Assembly: GCF_009914755.1 (NCBI RefSeq)
Contig: NC_060934.1
Direction: 5' to 3' (one strand)
DNA: 64,000 bases
From: the human T2T-CHM13v2.0 reference genome, Homo sapiens
In this document: positions 41,960 through 55,610 of the stretch, piece by piece
How the letters are laid out: each line of letters opens with the position of its first letter
Position numbering within the stretch: position 1 is the stretch's first letter
Notes under the pieces: generated by a model
What the model was told of the DNA's origin: nothing
Databases searched by the model: none
Seen by the model: the letters and a program-made list of their open reading frames with translations, nothing else
Position numbers and translations under genes: made by a program

Positions 41960-43170
41960 TAGAGCATTATTTCCCCTCCAAAACAGAATCCAGTCCACAG
42001 TCATGTAATGCATTTAGTTGTCATGACTTTTTAGTACCTTCTAACCTGGAACATTTCTACAGCCAGTTTTTGTTGCTGCTGTTGTTTATAACATTAGCAT
42101 TTTGAAATAATAGAATTTCCCTCTTCCTTTGTTAATAAACTGTTACTCATCTCGTATATGTCTAATGTTTATCCATGGTTCAATTAGGATATGCATTCTG
42201 TGCCAGAATACTACATAGGTAAAGTTAGGTTTTTCCTGAGTTATCAATCTAGAGGCACATGATCCCCACAGTGCTTTCATTGATAATGCATATTTGGATT
42301 ACTCTGCCATAGTATTGCCTGGTATTTATGCTATATAATTATTATTATTTTTCTTCATCACAGGTAATAAGCACTTGGTTGGGAGATCCCTTAAGATGAT
42401 GCAAATACTCTTGTTCACATCAGAATTTCCTCATAAGTTTACTATCCATTGATGATTTTTGCCTAATCTAATCTTTAGTATGACGGTTTCAAAATGATGA
42501 CTTTCCAACTCTCATACTCCTTGCACATTTATTCACAGGCCCTTGGCATTCTATTGTAAGCAAAAGCTTTCCCTTCTCCCTCACTTATTTATTTATCTAG
42601 TTAGCTATATGTATAAGTCTGTTCTCACATTGCTATAAAGATACTACCTGAGACTGGGTAATATAGAAACAAAAGGGGTTTAATCAATTCAAGAGTTCTG
42701 CATGGATGGGGAGGCCTCAGGAAACTTATAATCATGGCAGAAGGCCAAGGCAAAGCAAGGCATATCTTACGTGGCGGCAGGAGAGTGAGAGAAGGGGGAA
42801 ATGCCAGACACTTACCAAGCAACCAGATCTCATGAGAACTCACTCACTATCATGAGAACAGCAAGGGGGAAATCCGCCCCTATGATCCAATCACCTCACA
42901 CCAGGTCCCTCCTTTGACACATGGGGATTACAATTAGAGATGAGATTTGGGTGGGGACACAGAGCCAAGCCGTATCACCATACAAACTCACAAGTTACTA
43001 TTTTTCCAATGCATACTAATGTTAATGATCAAGGTGTCACTTCAAACTGGCTCCTTAGTCATTGTAACATGCCTTCATATATTTTTTCTTAGTATTTTCT
43101 TAATTTTTCTCCCCAAAACATGTTCCAGGCTCACGTTTAATCTACCCTTCCCTGGAATCAGCTGTTTGAG
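41960..43170 (-). mobile_element. L1MC-like 3' UTR (antisense), split by THE1D
   Basis: gcatttagttgtcatg...catccattgatgatt-like text; ttggcattctattgtaag; aacatgttccaggctca. Confidence 0.6.
42610..42977 (-). mobile_element. THE1D/MSTA-like solo LTR
   Basis: gtctgttctcacattgctataaagatactacctgagactggg...gagatttgggtggggacacagagccaagccgtatca; TSD ctata/ccata. Confidence 0.88.
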
Positions 43171-43567
43171 TTCTTTATCCATTTATAGGTGTCATGATCT
43201 TTTGAAGCTGACACCACAAAAGGCAAACAATCATGTCCATCCACAAAAATGAATATTTGTGAGGTAATTAGCAGATGTGTTAATACCCTCATAGCATGAA
43301 CCCTCTGTGTTAACCAAGTTGGTCCCTTAGTATCCGATGTATATCACATCTGATCCTGCCTCTCTGCCTTTAATCATGCTGTTTTCACCATCTGTGATGC
43401 CTTCTCCACATAGGCAGAGATCCTATGTGAATATTTCTTGTTACTTATTGCTATTTGCCCTAACTAATTTCTTTTCTCCTCTGTGAAGCTGCCCCTGACT
43501 GATGTGGAAGGCTGTGGAGACCTCTTTCTATGACTGTTTGCCTTGAACTGTACTGCTTGGCAAGATA

Positions 43568-44090
43568 TTTAGTCTGTACCTTTTTCGGTAAAACTAGCAG
43601 ACACTTCTCAGACTAGCTTAGCAAATGAAGAAGACATCCTAGAGGATCCCAAGGGTATCTCCTTGAACCCAAGGGCTGGTCTTTCATGGGCCTAATGAAC
43701 TTCAACCAGTATCTGGAAGTCTTGGGAACCCAAGCTGCTACTCTATCCATCTCATTTTCCCTCTTGTTCCTCCTCTCTATTTTCCTATGAATATTTTCTT
43801 TATACTATATTTATAGAGAGGTTTTATGAGCTACTTCATTGTACATGTTCCAGTTAGGACTCATTCATTTCTTGCAAGTTTTTTCAGTTCACATGCTTAA
43901 GCTCCCAGCACATGCATTTCTTGCATATCCTTTCAGTTCAAATGCTTAAGGCTCCCAGGAATTACAGTTTTGAAGAGAGAGAGATCCTGTTGGTTCAGTT
44001 TGATTCAGTTGTGTACTCTTGAGCCAATTGATTCTGGCCCAATGAGTGTGTCTTTGTGGGTGGTATTAGAGAGATTCTAGGCCTTAGAAA
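43568..44090 (-). mobile_element. Old MLT1 (K/L/N-like) LTR
   Basis: ttagtctgtacctttttcgg...gactagcttagcaaa; gagagatcctgttggttcagtttgattcag...gagccaattgattctggcc. Confidence 0.45.
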
Positions 44091-44162
44091 TGGAATGGAG
44101 GGTAGTATGGGCTGTGTGGACAATCAACAAAGAAGTCTACTTTAGCATTTGGTAAAATACTG

Positions 44163-46530
44163 CGTACTAGTCCATTTTCATGCTGCTGATAAAGACATAC
44201 CTGAGCACTGGGCAATTTACAAAGAAAGAGATTTAATGGACTCACAGTTCCACGTGGCTGGGGAGGTCTCACACAATCACGGTGGAAGGCAAAAGACATG
44301 TGTCACATGGTGGCAGAAAAAAGAAGAGAATGAGAGCCAAGCGAAAGGGATTTTCCTTTATGAAACCATTAGATTTCATGAGACTTATTCACTACCACGA
44401 GAACAGTATGGGGGAAACTGCCTCCATGATTCAATTATCTCCTACTGGGTCCCTACCACAACATGAGGAAATTATGGGAGCTACATCTCAAGATGAGATT
44501 TGGGTGGGGACACAGCCAAACCATATCATTCTACCCCTGGCCCTTCCCAAATCTCATGTCCTCACATTAAAAAACCAATCATGATTTCCCACCAGTCCCC
44601 CAAAGTCTTAACTCATTTCTCTCTGTGCATTAAGTCCAAAGTCCACAGTCCAAAGTCTCACCTGAGACAAGGCAAGTCCCTTCAGCCTATGAGCCTCTAA
44701 ACTCAAAAGCAACTTAGTTACTTCCTAGATAAAATGGGTGTACAGGTAATGGGTAAATATAGAGATTCCAAATGGGAGAAATTGGCCAAAACAAAGGGGT
44801 TACAGGCCCCATGCAATTCTGAAATCCAGCAGAGCAGTCAAATCTTAAAGCTCCAAAATGATCTTCTTTGACTCCATGTCTCACATGTGTAATTGTATAA
44901 AGCATAGTAATTGTGTCTTCTAATTGTGTAAAGTATAGTAACTATACAGTAACACTGATGCAAGAGGCGGGTTCTCATGGTCTTGGGCAGCTCCACCCCT
45001 GTGGCTTTGCAGGCTATAGCCACCCTCCTGGCTGCTTTCACGGGCTGGCATTGAGTGTCTGTGGCTTTTCCAGGTGCACAGTGCAAGCTGTCAGTGGATC
45101 TACCATTCTGGGGTCTGGAGGACGGTGGCCCTCTTCTCACAGCTCCACTAGGTGGTGCCCTAGTAGGGACTCTGTGTGGGGGCTCCAACCCCACATTTCC
45201 CTACCACACTACCCTAGCAGAGCTTCTCCATGAGGCTCCCACCCTTGAAGCAAACTTCTCCCTGAGCATCCAGCCATTTCCATAAATCCTCTGAAACCTA
45301 GGCGGAGGTTCCCAAGCCTCAATTCTTGACTTCTGTGCATCCACAGGCTTAACACCACATGGAAGCTGCCAAGGCTTGGGCTTTCACCCTCTGAAGCAAA
45401 AGCCCAAGCTGTGTCTTGGCCCCTTTTAGTCATGGCTGGAGTAGCAGGGACACAGGGCACCAAATCCCTAGAGTGCACACAGCAGAGGGACCCTGGGCTG
45501 GGCCCATGAAACCATTGTTTCCTCCTAAATCTTGGGGCCTGTGATGGGAAGTGTTGCCTCAAAGGTCTCTGACATCCCCTGGAGGCATTTTCCCCATTGT
45601 CTGGGTGATTAACATTTGGCTCCTCCTTACTTATGCAAATTTCTGCCAATGGCTTTTCTCCTCATAAAATGGGATTTTCTTTCCTATTGCATTGTCAGGC
45701 TGTGAATTTTCTGAACTTTTATGATTTGTTTCTCCTTTAAAACTGAATGCATTTAACAGCACCCAAGTCACCTCTTGAATGCTTTGCTGCTTAGGGATTT
45801 CTTCCACCTGATACCCTAAATCATCTCTCTCAAGTTCAAAGTTCCACAAATCTCTAGGGCAGGGGCAAAATGTTGCCAGTCTCTTTGCTAAAAATAACAA
45901 GAGTCACCTTTGCTCCAGTTCCCAACAAGTTCTTCATCTCCATCTGAGACCACCTTAGCCTGGATTTTATTGTCCATGTCAGTGTCAGCATTTTATTCAA
46001 AGCCATTCAACAGGTCTCTAGAGAGTTCCAAACTTTCCCACATTTTCCTATCTTCTTCTGAGCCCTCCAAACTGTTCCAACCTCTGCTTGTTACTCAGTT
46101 CCAAAGTTGCTTCAACATTTTCGGGTATGTTTTCAGCAGCACCCAATCTACCAGTACCAATTTACTGTATTAGTCCATTTTTCTGCTACTGATAAAGACA
46201 TACCCCGAGGATCAGCCAATTTACAAAATAAAGAGATTTAATGGACTAGAGTTCCATATGGCTGGGGAGGTCTCACAATCATAGCAGAAAGCAGAAGGCA
46301 TGTCTCTCATGGCAGCAGACAAAAGAAGAAAATGAGAGCCAAGTGAAAGGGGTTTCCCCTTATAAAACCATCATATCTTATGCGACTTATTCACTACCCT
46401 GAGGACATTATGGGGGAAACTGCCCCCATGACTCAATTATCTCTCACTGGGTCCTTCCCACAACAGGAGGGAATTATGAGAGCTACAATTCAAGATGAGA
46501 TTTGGGTGGGGACACAGCCAAACCATATCA
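44163..46530 (-). mobile_element. Full-length THE1B-like MaLR (LTR 44163-44528, internal 44529-46165, LTR 46166-46530)
   Basis: Two ~365 bp direct-repeat LTRs (tagtccatttt...gctgataaagacatacc...gggacacagccaaaccatatca) around 1.6 kb of THE1-int text. Confidence 0.94.
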
Positions 46531-49500
46531 CACTCCTTGAATAAGTCTTCTAATTGTGTAAAGTCTAGTAACTAGTATTGACTTTGCAACAAAGTCATAA
46601 ACTGTCCCATGGACAGTTTTTTTTTCCTGCCCTTTACAGTTGATAATCAAATTTCTTAGATTGATTTGTCTATCAACAGATCAGGTCCAGGAGCAGGAAT
46701 AAGGTAAAAGATACCTTGGTATCCTAGTAAGTAAAATGATATTTGGCCAGGTGTACTAACTTTTATAGCATGGAGATAATGCCAGTGTGAGAATGTAAAA
46801 AAAGAGCCCCTGGGATGATCTAACTTAATGAGAACAAACTGGGATAGAGTGAGCAGGAGCTGGACCAATTATTTCACCTTGAGTGAGGAGACAAAATACT
46901 CACAAAATTAACACAGGAAAGAGAGACCATGTCACCTCTGTGGTCAAATAGTAAAGTGTCATAATAAAGTTTTCCAAATGATTCTCAGGTCAGAGAGAAC
47001 CAGCTGGTGGGTGTGCATCCCATGGCCTCAGCATCCTCAGAAAGGTTTGGCATAGGAAACTGAGCTGCTGGAATGAGTCTTTGGCCATAAGCTCTCCTTT
47101 CTAAGTCAGTTTCTATTTTCCCAGTGAAGCTTCACTCCCTGTCACAGGAGAATATTGTTCCAGGTGCATAAAGGCTCACGCTGGTAAAGAGTTACGAAAG
47201 TCGGTTACATCTTAGTATGACTAATGGCTGGAACCAGGGTTATGTGCCATTTTAAATTTGAATGTAGATTATGAGGTCTTGTTTTGTCTGGATTTGAATT
47301 CCCCATGGTTCCTGGCACAATATTAGTTATACTGTGAGTTTTTCCAGTGATTTACTTATTTGTCCTTATCGTTCCCACTTGGCTCATGTTTCTACTACTT
47401 GTCTACCAAACTGTAAGTGGGAATTGGAGTCAGGAGAACAAGGGCTGTCAAAGTCAAAATAAATATGAAATGAAATTTTTTTCTCTCTTAAGAGAATTTC
47501 AAGTTTCAATAGTAAAGCTAAATTAGACCTAGCTGTGCAGTTGCCTCCACTGGCTACTGTCTGGGTAAGTTTGGCCTGTATCCCCAGGCATTGGAGGTGA
47601 GAACTTTTAACTTAAACTTTCATCAGTGAGGAGATGGCATCTCAAAAATATAGAAACAAGATAGGACAATATAAAAATTTACACTTGGTCATCATTTAAC
47701 AGGCTATACAAAACTGTTGGGAGGTAACACATACATTCCCTATTGGAGAAGGATAAAACTCTCAATAAAAATGTAAACAATACTTGAGTTCATCATTTAA
47801 TATCAATTTCTTGTGCACCTCTGCAAGGTAAAATGCTATAATATATAATGGAGAGCCCATGTCAAATGAAAAGTGACACCTCATTAATACACGTACATTG
47901 GTATACAATTTTTCCCCAAGATTATTGGGACTTCTGAGAAGATAGTAAATTGCTATTTTTTTCAGAAAGAAAAAAATAAACAATCAATTCAATAATCAGG
48001 ATTTTAGAAAACAAAGCCAATTTAATTTTCCCCCAAACTTGGAGCAAAGCGTTTTATCAAATATTAGAAGCATTTTCTTCTTCTTACATCTCATTTTCTT
48101 CTTCTTATACCTCTCTTTTTCTTCCAGCCCCAGCACTCTAGTTCTCTCAATCCCGGTATAAAGTTGAACAAAAAGAAAAGCCTTAGTGCTCTGAGAACAA
48201 CATTTGCAGAAAGGAAGAAAATTCCAAATTCTGAAGAACTCTGGAATTTTTCCTTCCAATGACACCTAATAGTCATTTAGCTATGCTGATAGTCATAGAC
48301 ACTTTCTGAGACATTTGATTTCAGCTACGCCAAGCTTAGGCAGAAAAGCAAGTGATGAATGAGTACTGTGTAAGAAGAGATTGATCAAATAGTTGCAAAT
48401 TACTTTTCTATACCCATAGAGGCCACTCTCAAAGCATAATCTATATTCCCTCAGATTCTCTTTTACAATTTTGGTGTATCCATCTCCCAGTTTCTGTGGG
48501 CTTTGCTTCTTTTCCCCTCAACAGCAGGCTGACAGTGAAACTTAAAGTGAAATCGCACCTTTGCTTTGCTTCTTTCCTTTATTTTTGTTATCTTCTAACT
48601 CTCTTATAAGTCTTCCTGGGAGAAGTATCATCATACATTACTTGCACACAAATCCTCAATACAGGCGCCAGTCCTAGGGAGCTTGACATAAGACACTTGG
48701 TACCTGAAATGAACCTAGAAAGCAGATTCTAAGATGGGATTTTGGAGTTGGATTACTCACAGGCATGATGGCAATAAGTACCTCATTACTGGAGCTACGT
48801 GGTGTCTTAATAGCTTCTGCAGGCTGCAGCAGTGTAATTGCTAGAACTTCCACCTGCAGTGAAGTGAGGATGCACTAGCTTATGTAGTATATCTGACACT
48901 TCGAAATAAATATAAGGAAATGGTAGTTGTAAGGACTGTGGAATTGTTTGGTTGTCATTAGATGTCACTGAAAGGGAAAATTACAAGCTCAAGTCAATCA
49001 TTTATCAGATTAAGGTATGGCTTGAATATCTTTGGTGGCATTTAAATTGACCCTCATCTTCTGTAGCTGAAGGGCTAATTGTGCCAAAGATCTGGACCAG
49101 GGCTTCATTTTAAGAGACTCATGGGAAGGTGAATTTTCATTCTCAGCAATCTGCAATAGCAAAGTCAGGGCCCTGATAAAAAAGGGGTCAGACAATGAAA
49201 CTTGAGATAGAAATATATGGGTAGATGCATTTGGCAATTTTGAACCCCTGTATTTCATTGAATGCTACGGGCCTACAGAATGCACCAAATCCCTCTTGGT
49301 AGAAGATAGAAGACTCCTCTTTGTGAAATATGCTTTGAAAGGCAATGCTTGTCTTCTTCCGGTGTACTCCCAATTTCTCTCCAGGCCAGTAGATCAATTG
49401 CCAGGTTCAGTTGTCAACATAACTCCAATGAGAAAATGCCATCCCTTCTAAGGGAGCATGAGAGTTATTAGAGTTATTCAGCAATGGAGCTTTGGAACCT

Positions 49501-49837
49501 GGTTTACATGTACTAGCAGATAAGAGAAAGACATGGTTTTGAGGTAGCTCTTGAGGGTGTTGAACTTCTGTGTGTGTGTGCAAATATAAAGCTAGCTCAA
49601 TGAGAGCCTATCAATATGGGTGCACTCCCCTGTGGCTCGGAATTTAATTCCTGGCAAGGGCCTCTGGAGCTAATTCTGAAACACTGCTAGATTTGCTCAT
49701 AATTTAAAAATTAGGGTAGCCAGACTACCATCAGAGAGTGTTAGAGAGGAATATATTGTATAAGACCAGAGAATCTACCTGCTGACTGTGTTTGTATAAC
49801 AGGCCTGGAAGAAACTCAGTGTAGCAAGATGAAATGA

Positions 49838-51325
<1,488 letters not shown>

Positions 51326-51334
51326 ATATTTAAA

Positions 51335-51605
51335 AAATTTCAGTTAGAAAGGAAGAAGACATTCAAGAGATCTATTGTATAACATTCAGGCTATAGTTAA
51401 TAACATTGTATTCCTGAAAAGTGCTAAGAGAGTGGATGTCAAGTGTTCTTATCACAAAAATGGTAATAACTATGGGAGGTGATGGATTTGTTAATTAGTT
51501 AGATTTAACCATTCAACAATGTACATGCACTTCAAAAGTCACGTTGTAAACTATTGATACATAGAATTCTATATGTTAATTAAAGAAAGAAATAAATAAA
51601 AGAAC
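51335..51605 (+). mobile_element. L1MA4-like 3' terminus
   Basis: aaatttcagttaga...ttcaagagatctattgtataaca...gctaagagagtggatg...gttaattagttagatttaaccatt. Confidence 0.75.
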
Positions 51606-54530
51606 AGTGACCAAAAAAAAAAAAAAAACCCAAAACAAAACACCAAGAAGATTAAAAAAAGAAGTACAGCCAATGGTAAGTGGAATGTGATAGTATGGGT
51701 CAGCTATTTTTTGGAGATAGGAGGATGCAGACCAGTTACATCCTGGAGATTACAGCAATGGGGACTATAGCTCATCTTGCTAAACTTCTTCTTGAAATTT
51801 TCTCTCAGAAATTGTGTCCAATAATAAGTTTGAAAGTGTATCACAGCATGCAGTAAATGTAATGTGAGAAGCAAGTGGATTTCAGTGGCGCCAGTGGTAG
51901 ACTAGAGGAGGTACTGGTGCTGTCTTGCTCCTACTGCCTCAAAGCCATTTTACTGTTTCTGTGAGCTCACTCCCAGCTTCTATGTGCTTTGTTTTGCTAT
52001 GTCTCATCCTTGTGACTTTCTCCAGAAGACTGACGTTGGGCTATTAGAAACTCCTCGCCTGCAGGCTCATATCAGAGGTTCCTGGAAACTTTTATCTGAC
52101 TGGCATCTCTTAGCCACTGACTGAAAGGTCAATGAAATCTCAACTCCTTTGCCTGAAAGTGGGGCAAACCTTGAGTTGTAGATTTCTATTCCGGAGTGCC
52201 CAATGAGATCAGTCTGATTTTTTTTTTTTGTTTTTTTTGTTTGTTTGTTTTGCCAATCATCACATCTTTTCCTGGCTTTCTCCTCTTCCCTGACATGCTG
52301 TTATCTCTTGCTTTCTTCCTGATTTCTCCTGGGAGCATGCTCTTAATAAATCACATGCACACAAATCCTCCTCTCAGGGTCTGTTTCTGGAGAATCCAGT
52401 GTAGGACACATACACGCAATCTCTATTTTCATTTTTTCACACCCCTTTGATTAACACTGTGATAAGTGCATATTACACATTTTAAGAACCTCAGTTTAGT
52501 TAAAAATAACTGATGAAAGTCCCTCCTTTGGAGGTGTCCTTTTAATCCTCTTTTTGAATAGGCCACCACTAGAGAGCTGGTGCAGATGGAACAGTCAGGA
52601 TTAATTTATTTTTCTCAGAAGAAACAACAGGTTAAAATTGTGTGTGTGCATGTGTGTGGTATACATACATATAGAGGTAGAGACAGAGAGGGAGAAGGAG
52701 AGGAGGGACAGAATGAGCTAGAGAGAAGGACAATCGGCAGTCACACAGGGTGTATAGACAGCATCTCTTCTTTCAACGCATTTCAACATACATTTATTCA
52801 CCCTCTAAAATATGTGTAGGATAATGATGAATATGTCACTCTCTATCCTGAGAGCTCATGGTCTAATGAAGAAAAGATATGTAACTTTTAGTAATTCTAA
52901 GGCCAGCCTTTGGTAATCCAGGGTGCTCTGTGAAAAGTCTCCTAATGAAGGTGAATATTCCCTGGTACCCGTGATGATGGAGAAATAGTAGTCAATGCAT
53001 GCTGCCTGGAGGATCCTTGGGAATGTGGAATTTAATGACCTTGAATTCTAAAGCAAGGTTTTTTCCCCTAAGAGTAAGGCTGTAAAGGCCTCAAAAGCTG
53101 TGGTTCTATGCTTACCACATGTCAAGTAAAAACTTTTATGGAGTTCTTATTTGCAATGATATTTCATAATAGCTCGTGTGAAGATTTATCAAGATTGTTG
53201 AGTCATTTCCTGAGTTTGTGGTGTGACTGTAGAATAATGACATTGATTTATTTAAAAATATAGACCATGATTTGTGTAAAAAATAGATATTTCCTGTGCA
53301 TAAAAATTCTTAATCTCTTGGATTGTTCTTGTCTCCTCTGTAAAATGGGGGCTATAATACCTTGCTTGCAAATATTGGAGCTGTGCTTTACTTAAAGTCC
53401 CTAGCGCAATCCCTGTATAAAAGATTCTCAGTAAATTTTTCCTGTGATTCCATTATGGGGTATACCATTCCCAGGGTTAATGAACAGTAAGTTATTTTTT
53501 AGGGATATATCAAGAAATAAAACCAATTCATATACATCAATGATGGGCCAAGCCACATGCCTGAGGCTAAAGAAAAAGCCAGTAATATGGATCCTGAGTC
53601 CATTTAAAATTTTTATATATTATTCAACATTGATTGGTTTTGCATTAATGTTGATTTAAAAGCATTGGATTAAGACATGATTTCTTTTGACTATTGGCTT
53701 TTTTGGAAGTCTCTAGAATTTGCCCCTAAGACAAGTGCCTCACTCACCTCACCTTAGTTCCAGTGTCGAACACATTCTCATTCTCTTATTGATGTTTCTG
53801 CTCTTATATTGGATGTCGTGCTGTGCTGCCTAGATTTCCCTGGCTACGGATTACAGTGGCCAGTCCCACTGAGGCCAAGAGCTACTGGCATCTCATACTG
53901 GTGCTGAGTCCCTTCCAGAGATCACCCTTAACTAACAGTAGCCACCTTGTCTAAATCACATTGCCCTTCTCAAGGGCATCCACATACAATGAATGGTAGG
54001 TGTGGGACAAAAAGTCCAGTCCCCTTGTCCTAGTTTCAGAAGACTCTAAAGGGTTATCCAAAGTCCCTGGAGGATTGTTTGAGGCTTTTGTTGTGGCTGC
54101 ATACCAGCACAACTTCTCCCTCTGCTCAGTCTTACTTCCTTCACTTTCCCCTACAGGAGTTGATTCTAAGAGCATTCTCCAATACATTTCCTGGCACCCC
54201 AATATCCATCCCAGAATCTGACTCCCAGGAACAAAACTTATGACAGTTGTGACTAGGGGTGGTCTGAAAGAGGAGATCTTAAGACAGGATTTCAGAGCCG
54301 AAGCACCCACTGGCAGGCTGGCATTGAGGACCCCATCACTGGTGTTATGTGCAGCACAGATAGGCCCTGGCACAAGATAGCAATACAATATTATACGTTT
54401 TACCAGTAGGAAATTGAGATCGTATACCTGTGAAAAGAAGTGCACCAGAAGGTGCAATATATCTGATACTTGAGAAATACTGGGAAATAGAAATTAGGAG
54501 AACACTGTTACTGGATGAAGAAGATAATAA

Positions 54531-54862
54531 GGCCGGGTGCGGTGGCTCACACTTGTAATCCCAGCACTTTGGGAGGCAAAGGCGGGCAGATAATGAGGTC
54601 AGGAGTTTGAGACCAGCCTGACCAACATGGCAAAACCCCATCTCTACTAAAAATAGAAAAAAATTAGCCAGGCTTGGTGGCGGGTGCCTGTAATTCCAAT
54701 TACTCAGGAGGCTGAAGCAGGAGAATCACTTGAGCCCAGGAGGCAGAGGTTGCAGTGAGCCGAGATCGTGCCACTGCACTGTAGCCTGGGTGACAAAGCA
54801 AAACTCCATCTCAAAAAAAAAAAAAAAAAAAAAAAAAAAACAAAACCAAAAAAAAAAAAAAC
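54531..54862 (+). mobile_element. AluSg-like SINE with a long A tail
   Basis: gcagataatgaggtcaggagttt (2 bp deletion type); ~50 nt A-rich tail; TSD agataataa. Confidence 0.93.
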
Positions 54863-55252
54863 AGATAATAAAAGGCTGGGGGCAGTTCATTAGTAATTAA
54901 AAATTGGATATGAAAACCAGAGGACCTCCTTGTAAGCATTTATACAGATTCACATATCCTGCAGCTAGAAGGCAGAAAAAGAGGAAGACAGTCATAGGAC
55001 TTACTGAGAAGACTAATAGAACTTCAAAGAGTGTGTGGGGTTCTCAGTCCTGGTAGGTCTGCTAAGGCAAGGTCAGGATCCTAATTGGAAAGAAATAGGA
55101 CTTTGAGGAATAGGATTAGGTTGATGAGCAAAAACTGTTGATTGACTAGATTCCCTTCAATTCTCTATGCTTAGAGAAGTATCCTACTTTTCCCTATTAC
55201 TCCACACCTCCACCCTCTTCATTGAAGATTATGCAAAAGCCTCTGCTTTGCT

Positions 55253-55610
55253 TGATATGGTTTGGCTGTGTCCCCACCCAAATCTCATTGTGAATTCTAA
55301 GTCCCACAATTCCCACCTGTCATGGGAGGAACTTTGTGGGAGGTGATTGAATTATGGGGCTGGGTCTTTCCCGCACTGTTCTCATGATAGTGAATGAGTC
55401 TTGTGAGATCTGATGGTTTTAAAAAATGGGAATTTCCCTGTACAAGCTCTTCTCTTGTCTGCTGCCATGTGGGACGTGTCTTTCACCTTCCACCATGATT
55501 ATGAGGCCTCCTCAGCCACGTGGACCTGTAAGTCCACTAAACGTCTTTCTTTTGTAAATTGTTCAGTCTCAGGTATATCTTTACTGGCAACGTGAAAACG
55601 GACTAATGCA
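55253..55610 (+). mobile_element. THE1B/A solo LTR
   Basis: tgatatggtttggctgtgtccccacccaaatctc...gtgaaaacggactaatgca; TSD ttgct/gtgct. Confidence 0.92.
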
